Shown: positions 8,351-17,905 of the stretch, piece by piece | Layout: each line of letters starts with the position of its first letter | Position numbering within the stretch: position 1 is the first letter of the stretch | Source: an uncultured Desulfobacter sp. | Lineage (GTDB): Bacteria; Desulfobacterota; Desulfobacteria; Desulfobacterales; Desulfobacteraceae | Length of the DNA: 64,000 nucleotides | Direction of reading: 5' to 3' | Assembly (NCBI GenBank): GCA_963665095.1 | Contig: OY762069.1 | Coordinates: 917,583 to 981,582 of the forward strand | Position numbers and translations under genes: made by a program | Notes under the pieces: generated by a model | Told to the model about the DNA's origin: nothing | Seen by the model: only the letters and a program-made list of their open reading frames with translations | Database searches by the model: none

Positions 8351-8417
8351 GCACAACAAAATAAGGATTAGTAACCGTGCTGAGGCACGAAGCTCGGTAC
8401 TAATCCTTTGGTTCAAG
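8351..8417 (+). repeat. attC-like hairpin (attC4, or the terminal hairpin of IS91-like copy 2)
   Basis: cACAACAAAATAAGGATTAGTA..loop..TACTAATCCTTTGGTTCAAG. Confidence 0.6.
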
Positions 8418-8663
8418 AAGCCGCGGGTGTATAGGGGGAAAGGTTACCGGTTTTCTGGATGGGTTAATGATCAGGTCTGATGAAAACTTAAAAAACGGCC
8501 TTTCTTTTGATGTGAAAACCAGAAGTCCGGCCGATTTTCAGTTGTTAAAACCCGGTTCAAAACCTTAGGTATCTGCAATATTGCGCACGAATAGCGCAAC
8601 ATGCCTGGTGATAGATCAGGCTGTTTGTAAAAAAGGCCCAAACCGGGTCAAAAAAATGTGCAG

Positions 8664-9749
8664 TTACCGGGGTTTGCCCCGGGATTCAGGTTTTACAAAG
8701 AAAATGAATTTCAAATCATGTCCGCAATGGCTGCATTTAATGCCGGGGATTGCAGGCTCCCGGATTTCAGTAAAAAGCGCAATAATGTCATGGATGAATG
8801 AGATCAGTTCACGGATTTTTTCAATGGGTAATGCACTGTTGGGATTAAGAAATCCATAATGCCGGATTTTCATAAATCCCTTGGGAAGAACATGTTGCAA
8901 GAACCTTCTGATAAATTCCATGGCATCCAGAGCCATGGTTTTCCATTTTTTCTTTTCACGATCCTTGTACGAAAATTTAATGACACCATTTTCAATGCTT
9001 TTGATGCGGTTATTGGAGATGGCCACCCGGAAAACATATCTTGAAAGATATCGCAGGCAATTTTGTCCCTGCCCCACTGATTGGCTGTCAATCACCCACT
9101 GCTGTTTCCAGACGGCCGGATCAATTTTGTTGAGCAGTCCGGCTTTTTTCATCGCATTCTTGAATTTGGCTTTGAAAATAATCTCCAAGGGTTTTGTGTG
9201 AACAAATAAATCCTGCCTGGAAGCAAGCCATAGGTTTTTACCGGATAAAGCACCACCGGGGATGATCAGATGTAAATGGGGGTGATACTGGAGCATGCCG
9301 CCCCATGTGTGGAGACCGGCCAGGTATCCAATTTGGTCCGATCCGACAAACCGCTTGTCTTGTGCTAATTTTTTCAATGCTTTATTGGTGCATGAAAACA
9401 GGGCGCTGTAGGTTTGTCTTTGATGTGATCTTACAACGTCCCGAAGACCTTGCGGCAGTGTGATCGTTAACAAAAAATAGTGAGTCGGCAGCAATTTTTT
9501 CATTTGCTGAACAAGCCATTGATCTGCTTTACTCTGTTGACAGTTGGGGCAATGGCGGTTGTCGCAGCAGCAGTGGATCAGATGCAGATTTTTGCAGTCG
9601 CTGCATTCATACACCATTGTACCAAAGGAGCCGCTTCGGCACTGAATGATATCCCGGATGGTTTTTTTATGGGCCTTGGGCATTCGATCCCCATAAAGTG
9701 CCATATATTGGGCGCCATACATCTGAAAGATTTTTTGAATGGCGCTCAT
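8664..9749 (-). CDS. IS91-family (Y2 HUH) transposase
   Basis: CDNRHCPNCQ, HTWGGMLQYHPHLHLIIPGG and RYLSRYVFRVAIS. Confidence 0.85.
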   Translation of the reverse strand: MSAIQKIFQMYGAQYMALYGDRMPKAHKKTIRDIIQCRSGSFGTMVYECSDCKNLHLIHCCCDNRHCPNCQQSKADQWLVQQMKKLLPTHYFLLTITLPQGLRDVVRSHQRQTYSALFSCTNKALKKLAQDKRFVGSDQIGYLAGLHTWGGMLQYHPHLHLIIPGGALSGKNLWLASRQDLFVHTKPLEIIFKAKFKNAMKKAGLLNKIDPAVWKQQWVIDSQSVGQGQNCLRYLSRYVFRVAISNNRIKSIENGVIKFSYKDREKKKWKTMALDAMEFIRRFLQHVLPKGFMKIRHYGFLNPNSALPIEKIRELISFIHDIIALFTEIREPAIPGIKCSHCGHDLKFIFFVKPESRGKPR

Positions 9750-10621
9750 GACAACACCCCCTGCATGACTTTGGAAACCCTGTCATTGGAATCAACCCGG
9801 GCCTGTGTGGTCACATGCAGATAAATCATGGTACTTTTAAGGGTTTTATGACCCAATATTTTTTGAACATGCCGTATGGGGATATTGGCTTCGAGCAGAT
9901 GAGTTGCATAGGCATGGCGGAATACATGAGGGTGGACATGTTTTTTAAACTTCATGCGTTTTAAAGTGGATCGTAAAACGCCTTGAACACCACTTTGGCT
10001 CACATGATTTTCGGCATATTGGGCATCTTTACCGCCATTGCGGCCCAGGGCAGGGAAAATCCATTTAGAATTGCGATGGGTTTTATAGTAGTCTCGCAAA
10101 GCCGACAGGGTTATTGGGGGTAAGGGGACGGTCCTGTCCCGGAAACCCTTTCCTCCGTGAATATGCACAAGTCCCCTGTCAGAAAGGATATCCTTGACCT
10201 GAAGCGTTGTTGCTTCCCTCAAACGCAGGCCCATGGAATATAAGGTCAAATAAAATGTATAACTTTGTACGGTGGGAAGGGCATATATAATTTTCCTGAC
10301 TTCCTCCAGGCTCAGAATAGTTGGTAAGGTCTCCTCGCGCTTCCATTGGATTTCGTTGAAAAGGTTCCAGGATCTGACCAGGGTTCTGCTGAAAAAATGT
10401 TGGATGCCGGAATAACTGATACGCAGTGTGGCTGCACTCCAGCCAAGTTCGTTTTGACAGCTAAGCCAATATTGACGCAGCTGTTCTTCGCTGATATCTT
10501 CTAAGGGTTGATTGTAAAACCGCTGCAGCTTTAAAACTGCGCCGGTATAGGATTGAATGCTGCGGTCAGCATATCCTGCTAACTGGAGGTCTTCTTTAAA
10601 ACGTTTGATTAATTTGCTCGT
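9746..10621 (-). CDS. tyrosine recombinase; full-length frame but no ATG/GTG/TTG at the expected start (ACG after an AAGGAAG RBS)
   Basis: The listed ORF (167 aa) starts at an internal TTG. The frame stays open upstream for a further 124 codons that encode the N-terminal core-binding domain (TSKLIKRFKEDLQLAGYADRSIQSY..). C-terminal motifs [15 protein letters not shown] and LGHKTLKSTMIYLH are present. Confidence 0.65.
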   Translation of the reverse strand, partial: TSKLIKRFKEDLQLAGYADRSIQSYTGAVLKLQRFYNQPLEDISEEQLRQYWLSCQNELGWSAATLRISYSGIQHFFSRTLVRSWNLFNEIQWKREETLPTILSLEEVRKIIYALPTVQSYTFYLTLYSMGLRLREATTLQVKDILSDRGLVHIHGGKGFRDRTVPLPPITLSALRDYYKTHRNSKWIFPALGRNGGKDAQYAENHVSQSGVQGVLRSTLKRMKFKKHVHPHVFRHAYATHLLEANIPIRHVQKILGHKTLKSTMIYLHVTTQARVDSNDRVSKVMQGVLS

Positions 10622-10746
10622 GGTATCTTCCTTTCTTCTTTAACCTTGTCGGGCGGAAGATACCGACCTGCAAACCGGTAATTAGAAGATACCATGAGCA
10701 ATGTAATTGAACAATGCTGCGAGGCGGAGCCTGCGCGTAGCGCTTA

Positions 10747-10871
10747 CTTGAACAAGCCGTTGCAGCCGATCCGGGGTTCTAGCGGCTTTTTGAAAGTGCT
10801 CGGTTTTCGAAAATGTTTGGCTTTTACAATCTGCTCGGCACAAGCCCCGGGCGGCTGAACTACACGTTATA
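10747..10871 (+). repeat. integron attC site, long type B (attC5)
   Basis: cTTGAACaagccgttgcagccgatccgggg...ccccgggcggctgaactacacGTTATA. The central region is shared with the site at 18712-18818. Confidence 0.75.
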
Positions 10872-13126
10872 GTGCGACACGATGTTGCATGATTGTATGT
10901 ATAGGAGGTAAATGTAAGACACTGAATATACTCGGTGTATCCCCACCGGTTCCCTAGGTGAGCGTGCTATCGTTGCGCTGATGACGGGGTGCGAAGCCTC
11001 ACCGACAATGTACCGAATCGGGTTTGAATGGCGACAGGAGAACCCCTCCGGAAATCCCATCCGGTTAAGGGCTAGGGTCGGACAATATGGCAAGATTAAT
11101 CGAAGAGCTTTAAGCGCCGTCAGTGAGCGCCTAACCTACTGGGATTAACAGGTTATATGTATACTTCCCTGCGTTTGTATACATGAACAGGATGCAAGTC
11201 TTCTAACTGCTTGCACGGGATCTTAAGTTTCATCGGCGTAGAGGCCTGCCTAAGTTGTCCATTAAGAGCAATCATGTGGAACGTGGAAACGTTGTCACTC
11301 CCCATGTGCAATACATGGAAAGCTAACCGCAAGGCAAGCCTGTGGAGGGGCAGCAGTAAGAATTCGGAAAAAAGCAAACGCCGTTTTGTAATGAAACGGA
11401 TAGAGCATGAAACATGGCTCACGTAAAACCCAAAACCTTCGATTTTGGAGACATGCGTGCAGACGTCCGATTGGTGTTGACTTGCGAGAGAATTTGGAGA
11501 ACCGCTTAAGATGGGAAAGCAAATGACGGCTTCGGCTGGTGCACCTGTCGACTCTGCTAAGAAATGGGCATCCATTGTTTGGAACAAAGCCCGGGCTGAA
11601 GTTAGAAGGCTGCAAATGCGTATCGCAAAGGCTGTAAAGGAAGAAAGATGGGGCAAAGTCAAAGCCCTTCAGTACTTACTTACTCATTCGTTCTACGCCA
11701 AGGCCTTGGCTGTCAAACGAGTGACCTCAAATAAAGGGAAAAAGACTCCAGGCGTAGACGGTGTTTTATGGAAAGGCGCCCGAGCCAAATGGCAGGCTGT
11801 TTTCAGCCTGCAAAGACGAGGTTATAGACCGCAACCGCTAAGGCGGATTTATATCCCCAAAAAAAACGGTAAGAAACGTCCTTTAAGCATTCCAACAATG
11901 CTTTGCAGAGCTATGCAGGCGCTGTTCAAGTTAGCCTTGGCCCCAGTAGCGGAGACCATAGGAGATCGTAATTCTTACGGCTTCCGTGAAGGCCGCAGTT
12001 GTGCAGATGCAATTGCAGCAGCGTTCAATGCACTCTCCAAGCCTAATTCGGCTACATGGATATTGGAAGCGGACATCAAAGGGTGTTATGACAACATCAG
12101 TCAGGAATGGATGTTGGAAAATATCCCCATGGACAAAGTCGTTCTTAAAAAGTGGTTGACGGCAGGGTATGTGGAAGACGGCAAGCTATACCCTTCGCGC
12201 AAAGGAACCCCACAGGGCGGGATTATCAGTCCCACCTTGTCGAATTTAACCCTCGACGGACTGGAAAAAGCCGTTCATGATGCAGTTCCCCGCCGATGCA
12301 GGGTTAATTTTGTTCGATATGCAGATGACTTTATCGTCACAGGCAAGTCCAAACGCCTGCTCGAAGAACAGGTCAAACCCGCAGTCGAAGCGTTTCTAAC
12401 TGAACGTGGTCTATCATTATCTGAAGAAAAGACCATGATCACGCATATAACAGACGGATTTACGTTCCTTGGCCAAACTTTTCGAAAAACCGGAAATGTA
12501 CTGCACATCACCCCGGCAAAAAAGGGAGTTCTCGCCTTTAAAGAAAAGCTCAGTGAACTGATCCATAAACATGCCGGCGGTCCATTGGAACCATTGGTCA
12601 AAAAGTTAAACCAGACCCTCCGGGGTTGGGGAAACTATCACCGGCACGTAGTCTCATCGGAAACATTTTCTCTTATTGATACGTTTGTTTACGAACAGCT
12701 GTGGAGAATGATTAAAAAGCGTCACCGGAAGAAATCCTCAAAATGGTTGAAAAACCGTTACTGGACTGACGGAAAACACAAGTGGATATTCACTGTCAAG
12801 AGCCGAAATAAAAAAGGGCCTTGCAGATATCACGTCATTCACCTAATTTCACTAGGGATAAAACGATATATCAAAATTAAAGCAGATGCAAATCCATATG
12901 ATCCCGAATACAGCTATTATTTCTGGCGTAGACGGAATCAAAAGGAGTCACGGTTACTCCCTACGCTGTCAGCCAGGGAATACCGCCAAACGCAAGCTGC
13001 ATGAGGTAAACAGCCGGGGCGTCCCACAAGGTCGTCCTTTATAAACGCTTGAGCCGTATGACGGGAAACTGTCACGTACGGTTCTTAGGGGGGAAAGGGG
13101 CAGAGATGCCCCTGACCTACCCGATC
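10872..13126 (+). mobile_element. group II intron, family 2a, full length, inserted on the top strand directly after attC5 R'
   Basis: The 5' end is GTGCGACACG. Domain V is GAGCCGTATGACGGGAAACTGTCACGTACGGTTC (13052-13085), followed by a domain VI hairpin, and the 3' end is ..CTACCCGATC. Confidence 0.85.
11511..13004 (+). CDS. group II intron reverse transcriptase/maturase
   Basis: GVDGV, PQGGIISP, VRYADDFIV and LRGWGNYHR motifs. Length is 497 aa. Confidence 0.9.
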   Translation: MGKQMTASAGAPVDSAKKWASIVWNKARAEVRRLQMRIAKAVKEERWGKVKALQYLLTHSFYAKALAVKRVTSNKGKKTPGVDGVLWKGARAKWQAVFSLQRRGYRPQPLRRIYIPKKNGKKRPLSIPTMLCRAMQALFKLALAPVAETIGDRNSYGFREGRSCADAIAAAFNALSKPNSATWILEADIKGCYDNISQEWMLENIPMDKVVLKKWLTAGYVEDGKLYPSRKGTPQGGIISPTLSNLTLDGLEKAVHDAVPRRCRVNFVRYADDFIVTGKSKRLLEEQVKPAVEAFLTERGLSLSEEKTMITHITDGFTFLGQTFRKTGNVLHITPAKKGVLAFKEKLSELIHKHAGGPLEPLVKKLNQTLRGWGNYHRHVVSSETFSLIDTFVYEQLWRMIKKRHRKKSSKWLKNRYWTDGKHKWIFTVKSRNKKGPCRYHVIHLISLGIKRYIKIKADANPYDPEYSYYFWRRRNQKESRLLPTLSAREYRQTQAA

Positions 13127-13159
13127 AATAGATATGTTAAATAAAATTGGAGCAAACAA

Positions 13160-14632
13160 ATGGAAGAGCAAAAAACACATAGGCTGTGGGTTCCTGTTGA
13201 ATTCAGTCAAGAATGGCTTGAGTGTGATACTTCTACGATAGATGATATATCCCCTTCATGGATTGACAGAAGGGAAATCCTTCAAACTAACTCAAAAGAA
13301 TATCAGGAATTTATTACCGAACTCAAACGTGAACATGCAATTGAGACCGGAATTGTAGAACGAATGTACGATCTTGAAAAAGGCATAACTGAGACATTTA
13401 TCAAAAAAGGGTTTGTTGAATCATACATTAGTCATAATGATACAAACGTTCCAGTTCCGAAATTGCTTTCTCATTTATCCGATCATCTTGATGCAGTTGA
13501 TTTTGTCTTTGATGTAGTTAAAGAAAATAGAGATTTAACAATTGGTTTTATAAAAGAACTTCATGCACTCGTAACTCGTAACCAGGAGTATGCCGAAGGA
13601 AGAGACCAATTTGGCAGTAGAACTAAAATAGATCTGAGAAAAGGTGCTTTCAAAATCCTTGAAAATAATCCAACTCGTGAAGATGGAACTAAAATATTAT
13701 ATTGTCCACCTGATCATGTTCAGGCCGAAATGGATAATCTGATTTCTATTTACAATGATGCCGAGAATAAAAACATCCATCCATTAATTTGTGCTACCTG
13801 GTTTCACCATGCATTCACTACAATTCACCCATTTCAAGATGGCAATGGTCGTATTGCAAGACTAATTGCAAGTTTGATTTTGATTAAACATGGCCTTTTT
13901 CCTTTTACAGTTCTAAGAGAAGAGGCCAAAGCTAAATATATTGATGCTCTTGAAAAGGCCGATGCACATGAATTTCAACCTCTAATAGACTATTTTGCCG
14001 AAGTCCAAAAAAGACATATTGAAAAGGCTCTAAATCTAAAAGAGGTTTCAAGCTCATCATTTGATGAAGTAGCAGATATATTTTCAGGCAAGATTGAGAA
14101 TTGGCAAAAGAAAAAGGTTGCTGAGAGAGAGAAACTGCTTGATAAAGCCAGAATAGATGTTTTTAACTTTTGCCTCAAACATTTGAATCAGATTTCTGAT
14201 CAACTTAGCGCCAAACTCAATGGAAATGCGAACATTACTATTCAAAAATGTTCCCCAGATAAGGATGAAAGACAAGATTTTTATTATGGTCAAATAATTA
14301 AATACGCTAAGAAACATGATTACTATTTTAACAGGAATTTTCCAAAGGGTTGGTTAACTTTTAGAGTTGAATTAGCAGAAAATAAAAAATATCAACTTTG
14401 TGTTACTATCCACCACTATGGCTATGAGGATAGCACCTTAGCTATTGGAGCATTTCTTGAATATTTGATACCTCATGAAAGCAATGATCGAATAGACGAA
14501 GCCCTTCCCTTAGAAATTAAACCTCATGTTATTTCCCTGACTGGAGATATAATGACGAAAGAAAAGAACATCGCAGTTTTTATAAAAAATGCAGTTACCT
14601 TAACTATGGCTCAAATTGCAAGTGAACTATAG
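13160..14632 (+). CDS. Fic/DOC family protein (490 aa)
   Basis: Canonical Fic motif HPFQDGNGRIARL, with GGAG RBS upstream. Confidence 0.85.
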   Translation: MEEQKTHRLWVPVEFSQEWLECDTSTIDDISPSWIDRREILQTNSKEYQEFITELKREHAIETGIVERMYDLEKGITETFIKKGFVESYISHNDTNVPVPKLLSHLSDHLDAVDFVFDVVKENRDLTIGFIKELHALVTRNQEYAEGRDQFGSRTKIDLRKGAFKILENNPTREDGTKILYCPPDHVQAEMDNLISIYNDAENKNIHPLICATWFHHAFTTIHPFQDGNGRIARLIASLILIKHGLFPFTVLREEAKAKYIDALEKADAHEFQPLIDYFAEVQKRHIEKALNLKEVSSSSFDEVADIFSGKIENWQKKKVAEREKLLDKARIDVFNFCLKHLNQISDQLSAKLNGNANITIQKCSPDKDERQDFYYGQIIKYAKKHDYYFNRNFPKGWLTFRVELAENKKYQLCVTIHHYGYEDSTLAIGAFLEYLIPHESNDRIDEALPLEIKPHVISLTGDIMTKEKNIAVFIKNAVTLTMAQIASEL

Positions 14633-14659
14633 CGAACTATGAAAAGAAGAGAGCAATAA

Positions 14660-15814
14660 ATGTATAACAAGGTTATGTACGATATCGAGCACTGCCGACG
14701 CGGAGAATTTGGCACCCACTGGGAGCTATGCGACACATGCGGCCACCTTGAAAAAGGATACAACTCCTGCCGAAACCGCCATTGTCCGGGTTGAAACAAT
14801 ATCGCCCGTCACAGATGGGTGACGGCCAGGATCAACGATCTGCTTCCGGTGTCCTATCACCACTGCGTTTTCACATTGCCGGATATCTTCAACCCTTTGT
14901 GCCGGTTCAACCGGCGGGTAATGTATGACCTGTTGTTTGAAAGCGCCTCCCAGACCCTGCTGGAATTCGGGGAGAATCCAAAGCGTCTTGGAGCCAAGAT
15001 CGGGTTCTACGGTATCCTCCACACCTGGGGCGGCAAACTCTGGCTGCATCCCCACATCCATTTCATTGTCACTGCAGGCGGAATAAACACTTATGGGGAA
15101 TGGGTGGAGCCCAAGTACAGCTCAACATTCCTGTTTCCGGTCAAAGCGCTTTCAAATGTATTCAGGGCAAAGTTCCTTAACGGCCTTATTGCAGCCCACG
15201 GTCGAGGACGATTAAACATCCCGGATGAACTGGCTCATTTTTCAAAACCCTGCGCATTCAGGCAATGGCTGTACCATACCGCTCCAAAAGACTGGGTGGT
15301 ATATTCCAAACCACCATTCTCAGGTCCAGCCGAAGTCGTTAAATATATCGGTAGATACACCCATTCAACAGCCATCAGCAACAACAGGATTATATCCGTT
15401 AACAACGAGACTGTGGAGTTCTGGTTTAAAAACACCCGGAATAAATCCAAGTGGGAAACAACTTCTTTACCGGTAATGAGCTTCATTGATCGTTTCCTTT
15501 TGCATGTTCTTCCAAAACACTTTCATCGGATCAGATATTATGGGTTTCTGGCCAACGGGCAGGCAGGGCGAAATATATCGGAAATACGCCAGGCATTGAA
15601 TGACCGGGATACCCCTGATCCTGAACCCCTGAAAGAACAGACGCCTCAATGCCCGGCCTGCGGCAAAGGGAACATGATAACGATCCTGGTGCTGGACGGT
15701 CATGGCAACGTGGTGAAAGACGACTTACCAAAAACCAAGGCCAAGCAAATTCCGGCTAAATCAGGGGAACCATTAAAAGCTTTACTTTGGAAACAATTAC
15801 CGATATCAAAATAG
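14660..15814 (+). pseudogene. IS91-family (Y2 HUH) transposase with one in-frame TGA (14792-14794) at the second Cys of the CPxC zinc motif
   Basis: ATG 14660 and the listed ORF 14819.. are in the same frame. The translation reads ..SCRNRHCPG*NNIARHRW.., against CGNRHCPICQ and CDNRHCPNCQ in the two paralogs. Downstream are HTWGGKLWLHPHIHFIVTAGG and KYIGRYTHSTAIS. Confidence 0.7.
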
Positions 15815-16032
15815 GCAGTTCCCTGTCAGGGACTCGTATCGGCAATCCGCTCCGGTACCAGGTTTTTCGGCTCTTTTTCAAGCCTGACCGGATAAAATAG
15901 AAGGAAGAATCTTAATGCTCACTCAATTTTACCAGGCAAATTTTAAAATCTGTGCTGTTAAATCTAAGTTTGAAAAAAAGGATTCCCCTGCTTTTACCCA
16001 AGAAATCAACTGCGAGGCTTCGACCCGGTTAA

Positions 16033-16120
16033 TGTAACAAAGAGTTGAAGACGGAAAAATACCCGCCGGGTTTTACGTTGTTTTTGGGTTATAATTTTTC
16101 CGCTTAACTCAACGTTGCAC
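16033..16120 (+). repeat. integron attC site (attC6)
   Basis: TGTAACaaagagttgaagacggaaaaa ... tttttccgcttaactcaacGTTGCAC. Confidence 0.7.
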
Positions 16121-16140
16121 TAAAGAACACTATACCTGTA

Positions 16141-16956
16141 TTGCTGAGAACATATATGAATGATTCTGAAATTACTTTTGAATTAAAAGGTTGGAGTGGT
16201 GTTGCAGTTGTCGTAGGTCTTATCATTTTCGGGTTGGTGGGGCATCATTATATGTACAACTACAACCCGGAATTGGAGGAATTGACCCAAGCTTTGCAGT
16301 CGGATGATCCATCAGTGATCGGAAAGGCTTTGTACGAATCAGGTAGGTTTACGATGGGCAAGGGGCATAAGCTCATTCCCTACATTCTGCCTCACCTTAG
16401 CGACGATAGAGATTTGCCTGAAAAGTTGAAACAAAAGATTATTAAAGGGATCCAATCCACATCCGGCAGCATTCCAGGAGTAGAATCAGATTTAGGGGGA
16501 ATTTTTAGCATTGGTTTCACTGCAGCACTAACGCTTCAAAGCTTGGTAATAAAGGATGTGGAAAATAAGCGATGGATCGGCGGTAAATATCGAGCTCTAA
16601 TTGTTGAATATATCCTTGATGAGATTGGGCCATATAGCGATGAATTCATATTAAAAAATGGACTCTGGGCGGTAAATCAAATTCATGATGAGAGGTTGGT
16701 TCCATTTTGGTTTCAATGTCTGGAAATAGAGTCTGAATCCATTCGGTCACCAGCCCTTTCCGGATTATATTACTATATCTACGATAGAAACCATGGTTTA
16801 TTTACATGGCATCCAGAAAAGGAAATCGACGCAAATATGATTGAAAATCTGAAATCTTGCTTATTTGATAATTCTGAGCTTGTGCGCAGATCTGCATCGC
16901 TTGTGACGAATGCGTTAGCTGAGGCCGGTTTGGATGTAATGGGTATAGACAACTAA
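16141..16956 (+). CDS. hypothetical protein with N-terminal TM helix and HEAT/ARM-like repeats (cassette)
   Basis: ORF only. The listed start is TTG, and ATG 16156 is an alternative. The hydrophobic segment is GVAVVVGLIIFGLVG. Confidence 0.5.
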   Translation: MLRTYMNDSEITFELKGWSGVAVVVGLIIFGLVGHHYMYNYNPELEELTQALQSDDPSVIGKALYESGRFTMGKGHKLIPYILPHLSDDRDLPEKLKQKIIKGIQSTSGSIPGVESDLGGIFSIGFTAALTLQSLVIKDVENKRWIGGKYRALIVEYILDEIGPYSDEFILKNGLWAVNQIHDERLVPFWFQCLEIESESIRSPALSGLYYYIYDRNHGLFTWHPEKEIDANMIENLKSCLFDNSELVRRSASLVTNALAEAGLDVMGIDN

Positions 16957-16963
16957 AATAATT

Positions 16964-17025
16964 GCATAACCAGGGCATAAAGGGCAACGGCAAAAAACCG
17001 CCGTGCCTTATGCCTGCCGTTATAG
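16964..17025 (+). repeat. integron attC site (attC7, 62 bp)
   Basis: GCATAACcagggcataaagggcaacggc aaaaaa ccgccgtgccttatgcctgccGTTATAG. Confidence 0.75.
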
Positions 17026-17044
17026 CTAAAATGGAGATCGTGAC

Positions 17045-17899
17045 TTGAATAACAAAGAGATACATGTAGATTTACTGTTTCCGGATCTAAATTGGGATGA
17101 AGTTAAAATACATGTAGCTCAAAAGGCAGGTCAAACCCGTCCAATTGATGTATTCACAAAAAGTTTTGATGAATGGCAAAATAATTGGAATGGAGATTTT
17201 CATTCCAATCACTGCTGGAATAGAAAGTATATATTCTCAATTATTGAAATACCCAATGAGCCTGATCGATGGCTGTTTGGGGGCATTTTTCAGGTTCTCT
17301 CCCACGAACCAGGGACGTCTTCGGATAAAAAAGGCGTATTTTATAAAGTGAAACTGAGCCAATATGGAGACTCTCTTATTGGACGCCTAATAATCCGATG
17401 GATAAAAGATGCGAGGGCGAAAGGTCGTAAGCCTGAAGGTATGCTATCAAGTATGTCTGTGGCAGAAATTTTGCCGGAGTCCTACATAGGAGAGGATTTC
17501 CCTGGTTATGCAAACATAAATCACAATTACGCAATATTAGAAAAATTATGGAATGATTCCAAACCAGATTGGGTAGCAGCATTAATGCACTGCCAAGGAG
17601 TGTATTTAATAACGGACACCAATACTGGTTTACGCTATGTTGGGTCCGCCTATGGTGAAGAAGGTATCTGGTCAAGGTGGGGAACCTATTTTCAGACAGG
17701 GGGTCACGGCAATAATAAATTGTTGAAAAAGCACCTTAGTGGCGAAAATAAGGGGGTTAATTATGCAAGGGAGTATTTCCAAATTAGCCTGTTAGAGCAA
17801 GCGTCTTCGCGTGATAATGAGCAGTATATAATAAAAAGAGAAAGTTATTGGAAAGAAGTCTTGCTTTCTCGTAGCGAGTACGGTCTTAATGACAACTGA
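17045..17899 (+). CDS. GIY-YIG nuclease-domain protein with an uncharacterised ~170-aa N-terminal domain (cassette)
   Basis: GVYLITDTNTGLRYVGSAYG (GIY-YIG) .. R .. ESYWKE. Start is TTG 17045, after GGAG. Confidence 0.7.
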   Translation: MNNKEIHVDLLFPDLNWDEVKIHVAQKAGQTRPIDVFTKSFDEWQNNWNGDFHSNHCWNRKYIFSIIEIPNEPDRWLFGGIFQVLSHEPGTSSDKKGVFYKVKLSQYGDSLIGRLIIRWIKDARAKGRKPEGMLSSMSVAEILPESYIGEDFPGYANINHNYAILEKLWNDSKPDWVAALMHCQGVYLITDTNTGLRYVGSAYGEEGIWSRWGTYFQTGGHGNNKLLKKHLSGENKGVNYAREYFQISLLEQASSRDNEQYIIKRESYWKEVLLSRSEYGLNDN

Positions 17900-17905
17900 T
17901 GAGGC

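Larger units (their letters stand above)
8360..10749 (-). mobile_element. IS91-family element with tyrosine recombinase + Y2 transposase (copy 2, divergent)
   Basis: It has the same gene order and the same termini (AATAAGGATT.. / ..GCGTAGCGCTTACTT) as copy 1. The right end abuts GAAC of attC5. Confidence 0.65.
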
